Part shown: in pieces, positions 29,957 to 40,252 of the stretch | Layout of the letters: every line of letters begins with the position of its first letter | Numbering within the stretch: position 1 is the first letter of the stretch | NCBI GenBank assembly: GCA_022711115.1 | Contig: JAKLFP010000002.1 | Span: forward strand, 143,674 to 207,673 | Source: Candidatus Omnitrophota bacterium | Lineage (GTDB): Bacteria; Omnitrophota; Omnitrophia; Omnitrophales; Aquincolibacteriaceae | Reading direction: 5' to 3' | Length of the DNA stretch: 64,000 nt | Translations under genes and position numbers: made by a program | Notes under the pieces: model-generated | Told to the model about the DNA's origin: nothing | Databases searched by the model: none | Seen by the model: the letters and a program-made list of their open reading frames with translations, nothing else

Positions 29957-31384
29957 CTAAGACTTAAGAAAAGAATCGATTGCCTGCGCGGCCTGACGTC
30001 CCTGGCTGATGGCCCACACCACAAGCGAAGCACCGCGAACAGTATCCCCAGCCGCAAAAATTCCGGGGACCGAACTCATATAATTTCCGTTCGTTGCGAC
30101 ATTGCCGCGAACATCAAATTGAACACCGAGATCGGCAAGAAATTTTGAGTGTTCGACATGGACAAAACCCATGGCCAGAAGCACCAGATCCACTTGAACC
30201 ACAAAATCAGATCCCGGGATTTCCTTCATGAGATATTGTCCCGTAGTTTTATCCATTTCCCAATGAACTCGTTTGCAATGAGCTTCTTTGACCCTTCCGT
30301 CTGCGCCGACAAACTTGCTAGTCGTAATGGCCCAGTCGCGATCACAACCCTCTTCATGGGAAGTGGAAGTTCGAAGGATCTTCGGCCAGTTCGGCCATTC
30401 CGGATTCCATGGTTCCTTCCAATCCAACGGTTTGGGAAGAATTTCAAATTGATAAACCTTGGATGCCCGCTGGCGGTTCGACGTGCCCACACAGTCCGAT
30501 CCCGTATCGCCGCCGCCAATCACCAACACATTTTTTCCTTCGGCAGAAATGATCTGCCCCGCATGAACCTCTCTGGCAATTAATTTATTAGAAAGCGTTA
30601 AGAACTCGAGTGCAAAATGAACGCCTTGCAACTCACGCCCCGGAATTTTGAGGTCACGGGGTTCGCCGGCTCCCATGGTTAAGAGAATGACGTCAAATTT
30701 TTTCTTTAATTCCGCGGCCAAAACATCGACCCCGACATGAACCTTTGTCTCAAACCTGACACCTTCACTTTTCATTTGCTCGAGGCGACGGTCGATCACC
30801 CATTTCTCGAGCTTGAAATCCGGGATCCCATACCTCAAAAGCCCGCCGATTTTTGCTGATTTTTCAAAAAGCGTCACTGAATGGCCCATGCGACGTAGCT
30901 GTTGGGCTGCCGCAATTCCAGCAGGGCCAGATCCGATGACCGCTACTTTTTTCTTTGTTTCAATTGCGGGAGTCTTCGGCCTGACCCAGCCTTCGGCAAA
31001 CGCCTTTTCAATGATGGCAAGTTCAATTTGTTCAATAGTGACGGGTGCTGAGTTAATCGACAAGGTGCAAGCCGTTTCACACGGTGCAGGACAAACGCGC
31101 CCTGTGATCTCCGGCAGATTGTTTGTAAGACTCAAGCGCTCATAAGCTTCTTTCCACTGCCCGCGATAAACCGCATCATTCCACTCTGGAATCAAATTAA
31201 AAACGGGACAGCCAAGTGCATGACAGAATGGAATCCCGCAATCCATACATCGTGCACCCTGCTTATGGATTTCCTCTGAAAGCAACGGTGCTGTGATTTC
31301 TTTATAATCCTTAAGGCGTTCCGCAATTGCCCGCTTTCCGGATAGAACCCGCTGATATTCTAAAAAACCATCCGCTTTCCCCAT
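29957..31384 (-). CDS. gltD: Glutamate synthase (NADPH) small subunit
   Basis: 4Fe-4S Cys clusters (CMDCGIPFC...CPAPCETAC), FAD/NAD Rossmann motifs (VAVIGSGPAGIAAA, VIGGGDTGSDC). Its start overlaps the gltB stop (TAATG). Confidence 0.9.
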   Translation of the reverse strand: MGKADGFLEYQRVLSGKRAIAERLKDYKEITAPLLSEEIHKQGARCMDCGIPFCHALGCPVFNLIPEWNDAVYRGQWKEAYERLSLTNNLPEITGRVCPAPCETACTLSINSAPVTIEQIELAIIEKAFAEGWVRPKTPAIETKKKVAVIGSGPAGIAAAQQLRRMGHSVTLFEKSAKIGGLLRYGIPDFKLEKWVIDRRLEQMKSEGVRFETKVHVGVDVLAAELKKKFDVILLTMGAGEPRDLKIPGRELQGVHFALEFLTLSNKLIAREVHAGQIISAEGKNVLVIGGGDTGSDCVGTSNRQRASKVYQFEILPKPLDWKEPWNPEWPNWPKILRTSTSHEEGCDRDWAITTSKFVGADGRVKEAHCKRVHWEMDKTTGQYLMKEIPGSDFVVQVDLVLLAMGFVHVEHSKFLADLGVQFDVRGNVATNGNYMSSVPGIFAAGDTVRGASLVVWAISQGRQAAQAIDSFLKS

Positions 31385-34300
31385 TATGGAAAAACCTCCT
31401 CGGTCATGTCCGCTACTTCCGAGCTCCTCATTTGACGTTCTTTGAGTCTTGCAAGTGCTTTTTTATAGTCCATGGGCATCACTTTCACAAAACGCGGGAG
31501 CATTTCATCCCAGCTCGCAAGAATGCCTTTGGCATACTGACTACCGGTAAATTTGACATGACGTTCAATATGTGATTTCAGGAATTTCTGGTCCTCTGGA
31601 TCCACAACCGGCTCAATATCAACCATCTCAAGATTGCAACGCGTATCAAATAGCTGGTTCTCATCCAGTACATAGGCAATGCCACCGCTCATCCCGGCAG
31701 CAAAATTCACACCGGTTTCACCAAGGATAATCGCCCTTCCCCCTGTCATATATTCACAGCCATGATCACCAACGCCCTCGACGACCGCAAGCGCCCCGCT
31801 GTTTCGCACACAGAACCGCTCACCGGCCCGTCCGTGGATATAAACTTCGCCGGACGTGGCACCAAAAAGGTTCACATTTCCTGTAATAATATTATCCTGA
31901 GGCCTGAAGGTTGCAGAGCGGGAAGGATAAACGATGATGCGACCTCCCGAAAGGCCCTTCCCAAAATAATCGTTTGCGTCCCCTTCGAGTTCAAAAATAA
32001 TCCCATGCGCGAGAAAAGCCCCGAAACTCTGCCCGGCAGATCCGTCAAACTTGATATGCAGGGTATCTTCGGGCAATCCCTGCAAACCATACCGTTTTGC
32101 GATTTCATAGCTCAAGGTCGTTCCCACCGTCCTGTTGCAATTGCGGATCCTTTGTTCAAGCACCATGGGTTGTTTGAACTCGATGGCGTTCTTCGCTTTT
32201 CGAATCAGAGCGGGATCCAACGAAAGCGAAAAGTCAGGCTGAGGACTTGTGAGACAGCGAACCGATCCACCTTCCGGAACTTCAGGTTTTGCCAAAACCT
32301 TCGTAAAATCAAGCCCTTTAGCTTTGTAATGTTCGATGGCATCATTCACTTCGAGGAGATCCACGCGACCGACCATATCTTCAAATTTTCTGAAGCCCAG
32401 TTCGGCCATAAGCTCGCGGACCTCTTGCGCGACAAATTTCATAAAGTTCATCAGGTGCTCGGGTTTTCCTGCAAAACGTTTCCGCAATTCCGGGTTTTGC
32501 GTCGCCACCCCGACCGGACAAGTATTTAAATGACACTTTCGCATCATAATGCAGCCCAGCGACACGACCGAAGCCGTACCAAACCCGAATTCTTCGGCCC
32601 CAAGCAATGCGGCGATCACAACATCTCGTCCTGTTTTAAGCTGACCATCCGTCTGAACTCGAATGCGGCCACGCAGTTTGTTCCTAATTAACACCTGCTG
32701 CGTTTCAGCCAAACCGATCTCCCACGGCGAGCCGGCATATTTGATCGAAGAAACCGGCGAAGCGCCCGTTCCCCCATCATGGCCGCTGATAAGCACCATA
32801 TCGGCTTTTCCTTTCGCAACACCGGCTGCCACAGTGCCAACACCGACTTCTGAAACAAGCTTTACCGAGATGCGGGCTTCGGGATTTGCGTTTTTGAGGT
32901 CGAAAATCAATTGTGCCAAGTCTTCGATGGAATAAATGTCATGATGAGGCGGCGGCGAAATCAGCATTACACCCGGTGTGGAATGGCGCACTTTTGCGAT
33001 CATCTCATCAACTTTATGTCCCGGCAACTGACCTCCTTCACCCGGCTTTGCACCCTGAGCCATTTTGATCTGAAGCTCTTTGGAATTCACAAGATAATTG
33101 ATGGTCACGCCAAACCGCGCGGAAGCGACTTGTTTGATCGCGCTTTTTTTGGAATCGCCATTCGGCAACGGCTCATACCGCACTTCATCCTCGCCCCCTT
33201 CGCCGGAATTACTGGCAGCTCCCAAACGGTTCATGGCAATGGCCATGGTTTCGTGTGTCTCTTTGCTGATTGAACCGAAGGACATGGCGGAAGACACAAA
33301 GCGTTTGATTATGGAATCCGCAGATTCCACCTCCTCGATAGGAACGGGCGAACCTTTTTTAAAACGGAAAAGCCCTCGGAGCGTGCAAAGATTTTTCTGA
33401 ATATCATTGACTTCGGACGAATATTTTTTAAAAGCCGCATAATCCCCCTCACGAACCGCTTTCTGGAGGAATGTCACGGCGAGCGGCGACCAAAGATGCT
33501 TTTCCGAAAAAAGCCTGTATTGGTAATTGCCGCCGGAATTCAACGTTTCAACAGGCGCTTGAGGTTCTTTAAATGCTTCCTGAAATCGCATGAGAGTTTC
33601 TTTTTCAATGACCTTGATACCGATCCCGTTGATACGTGAAGCCGTACCAGGAAAATACTTTGCCACAAATTCATCATTCAAGCCGACCGCCTCAAAGATC
33701 TGAGCTCCACGATAACTGCGGATCGTGGAAATACCCATTTTAGACATCACTTTAAGCAAGCCTTTTTTAATCGAGGTAATGTAATTTTCAATCGCAGCTT
33801 CGAGGGTTAAACCCGCGGATAACACATTGCGGTTTTTTAAATCTGCCAATGTCTCAAACGCCAGATAAGGGTTGATGGCATTAACCCCATAAGCAATCAA
33901 ACAGGCAAAATGCTGGACTTCACGCACCTCGCCCGTTTCCAGCACAAGCCCGACAAGATAACGCTTCCCTCGTCGGATCAAATATTGATGAACGGCCGTA
34001 GCAGCCAAAAGCGCGGGAATCGGCGCATTTTCGGGACCCACCTCACGATCACTGAGAATCACCAGAGAACATCCTTCATCGACTTTTTTCTCTACTTCCT
34101 TGCAAAGCATCTCCACAGCATTTTCAAGACCTTCGATAACGGCCTTGGGATTAAAAATCATGGAAAGTGTCGCAACCTTTAAATGTTCAAGCGTCGAATT
34201 CCTTAACCGGTGCACATCATCATTCGTTAAAACAGGATGGGACAATTTAAGCTGGCGGCAATGCTCCGGAGTTTCGTCAAGCAGGTTCCATTGGCGTCCC

Positions 34301-35907
34301 ACAAAGCTCATCAAGGACATGACAAGATTTTCACGATACGGATCGATCGGCGGATTGGTGACTTGGGCAAAAAGTTGCTTGAAATAATTGTAAAGGAGTT
34401 GCGGACGAGTTGATAACACGGCAAGCGCCGCATCGTTCCCCATGGAACCCACGGGCTCTTGCGCATTTTCGGCCATCGGTCTGAGAATTATATTTTCGTC
34501 TTCAAGCGTATACCCAAAAATGCGCTGACGGACCGCCAGCGTTTTTTGATCGACCTCCACCGGCCCTGGAACCTGCAATAATCCCCGCAGTTCGATCTTG
34601 TTCTCTTCAAGCCACTGCCGGTACGGTCGGTGCCTTGAGATGGCGGATTTGATCTCATTGTCCTTGATCACCCGTTTTGACGCCGTATCCACCAAAAACA
34701 TTTTCCCTGGGGCGAGTCGTCCCTTTTCAAGAATATCCGGAGGATTCAAATCCAGCACACCCACCTCAGAAGCCATCACCACAAGCCCGCTTTTAGTGAT
34801 CACAAACCGCGCAGGCCGGAGACCGTTTCGGTCTAGTGTGGCGCCGACCTTCACTCCGTCCGTGAATGCAATCGCCGCAGGACCGTCCCACGGCTCCATA
34901 ATAGCCGCATGGTATTCAAAAAACGCACGCTTGGCCTCGCTGATGTGGTATTTAGCGCCAAAGGCCTCCGGCACCATCATCATCATCGAATGTTCCGCCG
35001 AACGTCCTCCCATTGTCAAAAGTTCGAAGACATTATCAAAAATAGCGGAATCGCTTAAAGAGGGATTGATGATTGGTAAAAGCTTTTTGATTTCAGCGCC
35101 GAATAAATTGGAAGAAATCCGGACTTCGCGGGCCATCATCTTATTAATATTCCCGCGGAGGGTATTGATCTCACCGTTATGCGCCAAAAAACGGAACGGG
35201 TGCGCGAGAGGCCAGGATGGAAAAGTATTCGTGGAATAACGCTGGTGAACGACCGCAAGAGCACTGATAAAATCGGTATCAAGAAGATCCGGATAGAAAT
35301 CCGCAAATTGCGGAGCGGCAAACATGCCTTTATAAACAATCGTACGGCACGAAAGCGAAGGGATATAGAAATCCTCCACAGACCATCCTAGGCTTATGGC
35401 CTCGTTCTCTAGAACCTTTCGCAGAATATAGAGTTTACGCTCAAGAGCGATAGCTTCAAGACCTTCAAAAACAACAAAGACCTGCCAAATGGACGGCATG
35501 GCAGCACGCGCCATTTCGCCAAGACAATCCGGCTGAATCGGGACTTCACGCCACCCAAGCACCTTGCCACCTTCTTTGGCAGTCTGTGCCGCAATCATTT
35601 TGCGAGCGCGTTCGGAATCGTTTTCACTGCGCGGCAAAAACACCATTCCCGTACCATATTGGCTTTCCCCGGGAAGTTTGAAATTCAGAGTTTTGCCGAA
35701 AAACTTGTGCGGCATTTGGATGATCATGCCTGCACCGTCACCGGTCTTGAGATCACCTCCGACGGCACCTCGATGCACCAGGTTACAAAGGATCTTCACC
35801 CCGTCCCGGACAATCTGATGGGAACGCGTCCCGTCAATCCTGACGACAAAACCTACCCCGCAAGCATCATGCTCATAACTGGGATCATACAATCCATTAT
35901 GTTCCAT
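31384..35907 (-). CDS. gltB: Glutamate synthase large subunit. ATG at 35907; the track start at 35919 is TTG
   Basis: N-terminal amidotransferase with the Cys nucleophile (EHDACGVGF), the FMN/TIM-barrel domain, and the C-terminal GXGXG beta-helix domain. About 1507 aa. Confidence 0.95.
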   Translation of the reverse strand: MEHNGLYDPSYEHDACGVGFVVRIDGTRSHQIVRDGVKILCNLVHRGAVGGDLKTGDGAGMIIQMPHKFFGKTLNFKLPGESQYGTGMVFLPRSENDSERARKMIAAQTAKEGGKVLGWREVPIQPDCLGEMARAAMPSIWQVFVVFEGLEAIALERKLYILRKVLENEAISLGWSVEDFYIPSLSCRTIVYKGMFAAPQFADFYPDLLDTDFISALAVVHQRYSTNTFPSWPLAHPFRFLAHNGEINTLRGNINKMMAREVRISSNLFGAEIKKLLPIINPSLSDSAIFDNVFELLTMGGRSAEHSMMMMVPEAFGAKYHISEAKRAFFEYHAAIMEPWDGPAAIAFTDGVKVGATLDRNGLRPARFVITKSGLVVMASEVGVLDLNPPDILEKGRLAPGKMFLVDTASKRVIKDNEIKSAISRHRPYRQWLEENKIELRGLLQVPGPVEVDQKTLAVRQRIFGYTLEDENIILRPMAENAQEPVGSMGNDAALAVLSTRPQLLYNYFKQLFAQVTNPPIDPYRENLVMSLMSFVGRQWNLLDETPEHCRQLKLSHPVLTNDDVHRLRNSTLEHLKVATLSMIFNPKAVIEGLENAVEMLCKEVEKKVDEGCSLVILSDREVGPENAPIPALLAATAVHQYLIRRGKRYLVGLVLETGEVREVQHFACLIAYGVNAINPYLAFETLADLKNRNVLSAGLTLEAAIENYITSIKKGLLKVMSKMGISTIRSYRGAQIFEAVGLNDEFVAKYFPGTASRINGIGIKVIEKETLMRFQEAFKEPQAPVETLNSGGNYQYRLFSEKHLWSPLAVTFLQKAVREGDYAAFKKYSSEVNDIQKNLCTLRGLFRFKKGSPVPIEEVESADSIIKRFVSSAMSFGSISKETHETMAIAMNRLGAASNSGEGGEDEVRYEPLPNGDSKKSAIKQVASARFGVTINYLVNSKELQIKMAQGAKPGEGGQLPGHKVDEMIAKVRHSTPGVMLISPPPHHDIYSIEDLAQLIFDLKNANPEARISVKLVSEVGVGTVAAGVAKGKADMVLISGHDGGTGASPVSSIKYAGSPWEIGLAETQQVLIRNKLRGRIRVQTDGQLKTGRDVVIAALLGAEEFGFGTASVVSLGCIMMRKCHLNTCPVGVATQNPELRKRFAGKPEHLMNFMKFVAQEVRELMAELGFRKFEDMVGRVDLLEVNDAIEHYKAKGLDFTKVLAKPEVPEGGSVRCLTSPQPDFSLSLDPALIRKAKNAIEFKQPMVLEQRIRNCNRTVGTTLSYEIAKRYGLQGLPEDTLHIKFDGSAGQSFGAFLAHGIIFELEGDANDYFGKGLSGGRIIVYPSRSATFRPQDNIITGNVNLFGATSGEVYIHGRAGERFCVRNSGALAVVEGVGDHGCEYMTGGRAIILGETGVNFAAGMSGGIAYVLDENQLFDTRCNLEMVDIEPVVDPEDQKFLKSHIERHVKFTGSQYAKGILASWDEMLPRFVKVMPMDYKKALARLKERQMRSSEVADMTEEVFP

Positions 35908-36077
35908 GGACAGCCTCAATCTGATAAAACTTTTTAAAAACGTTAAACGAAAAAAATATCGGACAGCACATTAGCTATTCAGATGATGCAAGATTAGGGC
36001 AGAGGCAGGCAGATGCTATTCTACAGATTTTTAGTACTGCTTCAAGATTAAATTTCAAACACTTTTTGTAATTATAA

Positions 36078-36611
36078 TTAATGAGAATTTTTTAAATAAA
36101 AAAAACCGATCATGGTTTTACCGTCCACAATTTCCCCCTCCCGGATCATCCTTCCGATCTCGGAAAGGCTGAATTTCCCCAATTCAAAATCCTCATCTTC
36201 ATCTTTAGGCGCTGTCGCCGGCTTTAAGGCGGAAGCCAAGAAAAGATGCATGCTTTCCCCGGAAACTCCCGGGGTCGGATAAAACTGAAGAAGCTTTTGG
36301 AGTTTGCCAGGCTTGTGACCAATTTCCTCCATCAATTCGCGTTGGGCGGCAGCCGCAAAACTTTCACCGGCTTCCCGACCTCCTGCCGGAAATTCCCAAA
36401 GCCGTTTTCCGATAGGAAAACGAAACTGCCGGACCAAGACATAAACATCCGATGCAATCCTCGGGATAATCACGACGCATCCCGGATGTTCCAAAATTTG
36501 TCTCGATAAAATCTTCCCATGCGGAGTACGAACCTTGCAATCCACAAGATGGATCGGTCCTTTTGAGAAAATCGTTTTTTTGTCAAAAATTTGATACTGT
36601 TTGCTTCTCAT
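36078..36611 (-). CDS. NUDIX hydrolase (ADP-ribose pyrophosphatase-like)
   Basis: Nudix box GGREAGESFAAAAQRELMEEIGH (GX5EX7REUXEEXGU). Confidence 0.85.
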   Translation of the reverse strand: MRSKQYQIFDKKTIFSKGPIHLVDCKVRTPHGKILSRQILEHPGCVVIIPRIASDVYVLVRQFRFPIGKRLWEFPAGGREAGESFAAAAQRELMEEIGHKPGKLQKLLQFYPTPGVSGESMHLFLASALKPATAPKDEDEDFELGKFSLSEIGRMIREGEIVDGKTMIGFFYLKNSH

Positions 36612-36732
36612 AAAAATCGGCCCCCTTCAGACGAGCCGGTTAGATTTTGCTGTGTGCCTACAAGATGTAGCGATAAAAACCCGCTTATTTAAAAAGTTCT
36701 ACTCTCGTCCTTGCGATTTTTCCTTATAAAAC

Positions 36733-36768
36733 AGCGCTCCCCGCCCGTAAAGGCGGGGAGCTTTTGCC
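36733..36768. terminator. Bidirectional rho-independent terminator hairpin
   Basis: gctccccgcc-cgtaaa-ggcggggagc is a GC-rich stem with U-tracts on both strands. It lies downstream of the minus-strand small secreted gene. Confidence 0.5.
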
Positions 36769-36866
36769 GCACTAGATATTTTTTTCTTTTGTATTTCACC
36801 AGTATGACTTCAACAAACCAATCTCGATCATACCAGCCGACATTTCATTTAAATTAAAATATTCCC

Positions 36867-37238
36867 CTACTTCTTAGCTGTGGAACCGCATCCACAACAA
36901 GTGGCAAACTGAACACCGTTATCAGGAAGCGGCAAATCCAGCACCAATGGGAATGTGAGCAAATGAATCGCACCGCCAACCTCGTTTACAATCGCATCCG
37001 TAAGTCCTTTGCCAAGCCCCGTCCATAGGCTGTCACAACTTTCACACTTCTTGGAGGCGCGAATCGGCTCAAAGAAAAGATCTGTCCATCCCAGAAGAGT
37101 GTTTGTTAAACCAAACTGGAGTTTTCCGGAAACTTTATCGCCATACGTCGCTTCTTCTGTCCACGGACTGGCTGCAAAACCTACCGCTGGTAACACCAGC
37201 ATCGCTAACAAAAGCAAAAAAGTCGTCGCTTTTTTCAT
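36867..37238 (-). CDS. Small secreted cysteine-rich protein of unknown function
   Basis: Signal peptide MKKATTFLLLLAMLVLPAVGFAA. A CESC pair and a C-terminal CCGCG cluster. 123 aa. Confidence 0.45.
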   Translation of the reverse strand: MKKATTFLLLLAMLVLPAVGFAASPWTEEATYGDKVSGKLQFGLTNTLLGWTDLFFEPIRASKKCESCDSLWTGLGKGLTDAIVNEVGGAIHLLTFPLVLDLPLPDNGVQFATCCGCGSTAKK

Positions 37239-37409
37239 GTTAATCTCCTTTTTTTATGTTCACTAAAACCCTTACGATTCCGCTCCAAATCGGTGCCAGT
37301 TTAGCTCTATCTGTTTTATTCTGTCAAGCGTGTTACTTCCGTTTCCGTTCGAAAACACGATAGACTTCTTTTACATCAAGTATGTCTTGTGTCGATTGCT
37401 AAGAAAAAA

Positions 37410-37480
37410 AGCGGGATACGGGAATCGAACCCGTCTGACCAGCTTGGGAAGCTGGGACATTACCACTATGCTAATCCCGC
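37410..37480 (-). tRNA. tRNA-Gly (anticodon CCC)
   Basis: The reverse complement GCGGGAT-TA-GCAT-AGTGGTA-ATGT-C-CCAGC-TTCCCAA-GCTGG-TCAG-ACGGG-TTCGATT-CCCGT-ATCCCGC folds as a cloverleaf with T-loop TTCGATT and anticodon CCC. Confidence 0.85.
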
Positions 37481-37610
37481 TTGTTATTCTTTGACATTCC
37501 TGGGGAAGAGGAATCATCCCCAACGCATTTTTTCGTTAAACAAAGTTAGAACTAGATCCGTCTACCACCACCGGTAAGGCTTAACCTAAAGAAACCTCAT
37601 AAAAACCTTA

Positions 37611-38525
37611 TTAAATTTTACAGATTTTTTTCAAAACTTCCAGCCGTTTATCAAAGTTCTCGCGCTTCACTTCGCGGAGTCTTTCGAGACCGAATTTCTC
37701 GACCGTAAACGAGGCCACAATACTGCCATAAGCGATGGCTGTTTTCATGGTTTTTAGATTTACCTTTCGGGCAGCAGCGAGGTAACCCATGACACCCCCC
37801 GCGAAGCTATCCCCAGCACCTGTCGGATCAAAAACGGTTTCAAGCGGATACGCCGGATAGATAAAAACACCTTCATGGCTGTAAAGAAGAGCTCCATGCT
37901 CTCCTTTTTTGATAATCACATATTCCGGGCCCAAATGATGAATGTACTGCGCCGCTTTGATGAGATTGACTTCCCCCGTCAGCTGACGCGCCTCTCCGTC
38001 GTTCATGAAAACCGCGTGGACACGGCCCAGAACTTTTTTTACGGCATCACATTTGTTCTTGATCCAAAAATTCATCGTGTCACAGGCAACGAACTTCAGC
38101 GACGATCCATGGACCTGATCCAGGACTTCAAGCTGGAGATCCGGATCGATGTTCGCTAGAAAAACAAATTCGGGTGTTTTGCTGTAATGGATCTTTGGCT
38201 TGAAATCCAAAAGGACGTTCAAGTCGGTTTGAAGCGTAATGGCAGAATTCATGTCCGTCTCATACTTGCCCTTCCAGTGAAAAGTCTTTCCGGGCAGCAC
38301 CTCCAAATGGCTCAGGTCGATATCCCGTTCCTCAAGGACTTGCCGATATTCCTCGGGAAAATCCTTCCCGACCACTGCGACAACTCCCACTTTTGTAAAA
38401 AAACTTGCGGCATATGAAAAGTAAGAAGCAGATCCTCCGAAAACTTTCTGCTCGACGCCAAACGGTGTGGACAATTCGTCGATAGCTACGGTTCCGATCA
38501 CGATCAAATACGGGGGTTTTAACAT
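37611..38525 (-). CDS. pfkB-family carbohydrate kinase. In this context it may be the heptose-7-phosphate kinase (HldE domain I) that pairs with the adenylyltransferase. ATG at 38525; the track start is GTG
   Basis: Ribokinase-fold motifs, including the anion hole/catalytic block DPTGAGDSFAGG. It lies 4 nt downstream of thiE, in an operon with the hldE adenylyltransferase domain and gmhA. Confidence 0.7.
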   Translation of the reverse strand: MLKPPYLIVIGTVAIDELSTPFGVEQKVFGGSASYFSYAASFFTKVGVVAVVGKDFPEEYRQVLEERDIDLSHLEVLPGKTFHWKGKYETDMNSAITLQTDLNVLLDFKPKIHYSKTPEFVFLANIDPDLQLEVLDQVHGSSLKFVACDTMNFWIKNKCDAVKKVLGRVHAVFMNDGEARQLTGEVNLIKAAQYIHHLGPEYVIIKKGEHGALLYSHEGVFIYPAYPLETVFDPTGAGDSFAGGVMGYLAAARKVNLKTMKTAIAYGSIVASFTVEKFGLERLREVKRENFDKRLEVLKKICKI

Positions 38526-38529
38526 GATT

Positions 38530-39174
38530 TTATCCTTTAAGTGATTTTTTAAGAAATTGAGCTGCTTTTTCCGGATCTTTCGCGCCAAGCACCGCACGCA
38601 CCACAGCGACCCGGCTTGCTCCCGCTGCGATTACAGTTTGAATATTTTGGAGATCGATCCCGCCAATGGCCACGCAAGGAATCCGAACTTTATCAGACAC
38701 CTCACACACCAATTTCAGCCCTACCGCATTGGCAGACGGCTTCGTCGGCGTCAAAAAAACAGGCCCGAACCCAATGTAATCGGCACCTTCTTTTTCAGCT
38801 TTCAGTGCCTGATTCATCGTATGCGTCGACCTGCCAATCCAGAGCCTTTTAGCAGCTTGGCGGACTATTTTGATTGCCATCTTTTGAGGCATATCCTCCT
38901 GCCCCAGATGAACGCCGTCCGCATCCGTCGCCAACGCCAGATCGATGCGGTCATTTACAAAAAAAAGTTTGCGATACCGCGTCGCAATCTTCCGCATCTT
39001 CAGTCCGAAACGAATCATCACTGCATCGGGAAGAACCTTGGATCGAAGCTGAACGATATCCGCTCCGCCGCGATAGGCTTGCTCGATCTTCTGTAGCATG
39101 GCATCCGGCGCAGCTTTTAAATCGGTCACAACACAAAGCGTGAAGTCCTTAAAAACCTTTTCGCGCCAATCCAT
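38530..39174 (-). CDS. thiE: Thiamine-phosphate synthase
   Basis: ThiE blocks: CVVTD, GADIVQLRSK, FFVNDRIDLALATDADGVHLGQED, GADYIGFGPVFLTPTKP, VAIGGI. About 214 aa. Confidence 0.8.
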   Translation of the reverse strand: MDWREKVFKDFTLCVVTDLKAAPDAMLQKIEQAYRGGADIVQLRSKVLPDAVMIRFGLKMRKIATRYRKLFFVNDRIDLALATDADGVHLGQEDMPQKMAIKIVRQAAKRLWIGRSTHTMNQALKAEKEGADYIGFGPVFLTPTKPSANAVGLKLVCEVSDKVRIPCVAIGGIDLQNIQTVIAAGASRVAVVRAVLGAKDPEKAAQFLKKSLKG

Positions 39175-39178
39175 GAAA

Positions 39179-39652
39179 CTACGCCAGCTTTAGCATCTTA
39201 ATGACACGCGTCGAAGATCGGCCCTTGACCAGAGGGATGCGCTTTACTTTCCCGCCCCACGCCATCACTTCCCGCGCTCCGACAATATCCCTAAGGGACC
39301 AATCCGCGCCTTTCACAAGGACATCCGGCTGAATCGCCAGAATCAGTTTCAGGGGCGTCGGATCACTGAAGAGTATCGCAAAATCCACACAGGACAGAGC
39401 TGTCAACACCTTGATGCGATCTTGCTCGGGATTCACGGGACGGGTGGGATCTTTATACGTCTTGACGGATCTGTCGGTATTCACACCAACCACAAGCACA
39501 TCTCCGAAAGCCTTGGCCTTCTGGAGATAAGTCACATGACCCAAATGAAGGATGTCAAACGTCCCATTCGTAAAAACAATCCGCTTCCTCTGGGCTTTGA
39601 GACGACGGATCACCGATGAAATTTTTTTATACGTCAGGATTTTGGTTTTCAT
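39179..39652 (-). CDS. D-glycero-beta-D-manno-heptose-1-phosphate adenylyltransferase (RfaE/HldE domain II, cytidylyltransferase fold)
   Basis: The RIVFTNGTFDILHLGHVTYL nucleotidyltransferase (T/H)xGH motif and the ...VNTDRSVK... block. 157 aa, standalone domain II. Confidence 0.8.
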   Translation of the reverse strand: MKTKILTYKKISSVIRRLKAQRKRIVFTNGTFDILHLGHVTYLQKAKAFGDVLVVGVNTDRSVKTYKDPTRPVNPEQDRIKVLTALSCVDFAILFSDPTPLKLILAIQPDVLVKGADWSLRDIVGAREVMAWGGKVKRIPLVKGRSSTRVIKMLKLA

Positions 39653-39676
39653 CGTCTCAAATGGAGCGTCGGCCTC

Positions 39677-40249
39677 TTATTCAAAAAGAATATTTTCCAC
39701 GGCTTCGCAGATCGCGTGCAGTGCGGTAATATGCATTTCCTGAACATGCGTGGTTTTATTCGCCTTGGCAATGAAACAGAGATCGACCGCGTCTTTCAGA
39801 ATACCTCCGTCCTTGCCCGTAAAACCTATGGTCAAAATACCTTGCTGTTTGGCCTGCCCGATCGCTTCCAGGATATTCGGCGAACGACCGCTTGTGGAAA
39901 TGGTGATCAGGACATCCCCTTTTTTCCCAAGGCCTTCGATCTGTCGCGAAAAAACCTTGTCGAATCCATAGTCATTTCCAATCGCGGTCAACGCCGCCGT
40001 ATCCGCGGTCAGCGCGATCGCCGGCAAGCTGATGCGTTCCGTTGAAAACCGGCCTATAAATTCTGCGGCCACATGCTGAGAATCGCTGGCAGATCCACCA
40101 TTCCCGCAAATCAGGATCTTGTTCCCGGATTTCAGCACATTGACAATTGCGTGCGTGATCTTATGCAGAACTTCGATCTGCGCAGGAACAAAAGTCTTGT
40201 CAAATGCTTCTTGATGCCCTTGGATGAGAGAAGCGAAGTGATTTTTCAT
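39677..40249 (-). CDS. gmhA: Phosphoheptose isomerase (SIS domain)
   Basis: SIS-domain blocks ILICGNGGSASDSQHVAAEF and DVLITISTSGRSPNI. About 190 aa. Confidence 0.85.
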   Translation of the reverse strand: MKNHFASLIQGHQEAFDKTFVPAQIEVLHKITHAIVNVLKSGNKILICGNGGSASDSQHVAAEFIGRFSTERISLPAIALTADTAALTAIGNDYGFDKVFSRQIEGLGKKGDVLITISTSGRSPNILEAIGQAKQQGILTIGFTGKDGGILKDAVDLCFIAKANKTTHVQEMHITALHAICEAVENILFE

Positions 40250-40252
40250 AGA

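Noticed and set aside
37481-37610. A gggga...tcccc hairpin followed by a T-run between the pfkB kinase and tRNA-Gly
   Set aside because: The T-run is on the plus strand, but all neighbouring genes are transcribed on the minus strand. It is not a functional terminator for them. It may be incidental structure.
38557-39096. The 179-aa plus-strand ORF, and others opposite thiE and the heptose genes
   Set aside because: They are antisense to ThiE, which has clear family motifs. Their composition is Arg/Pro-rich, typical of a GC-frame artefact.
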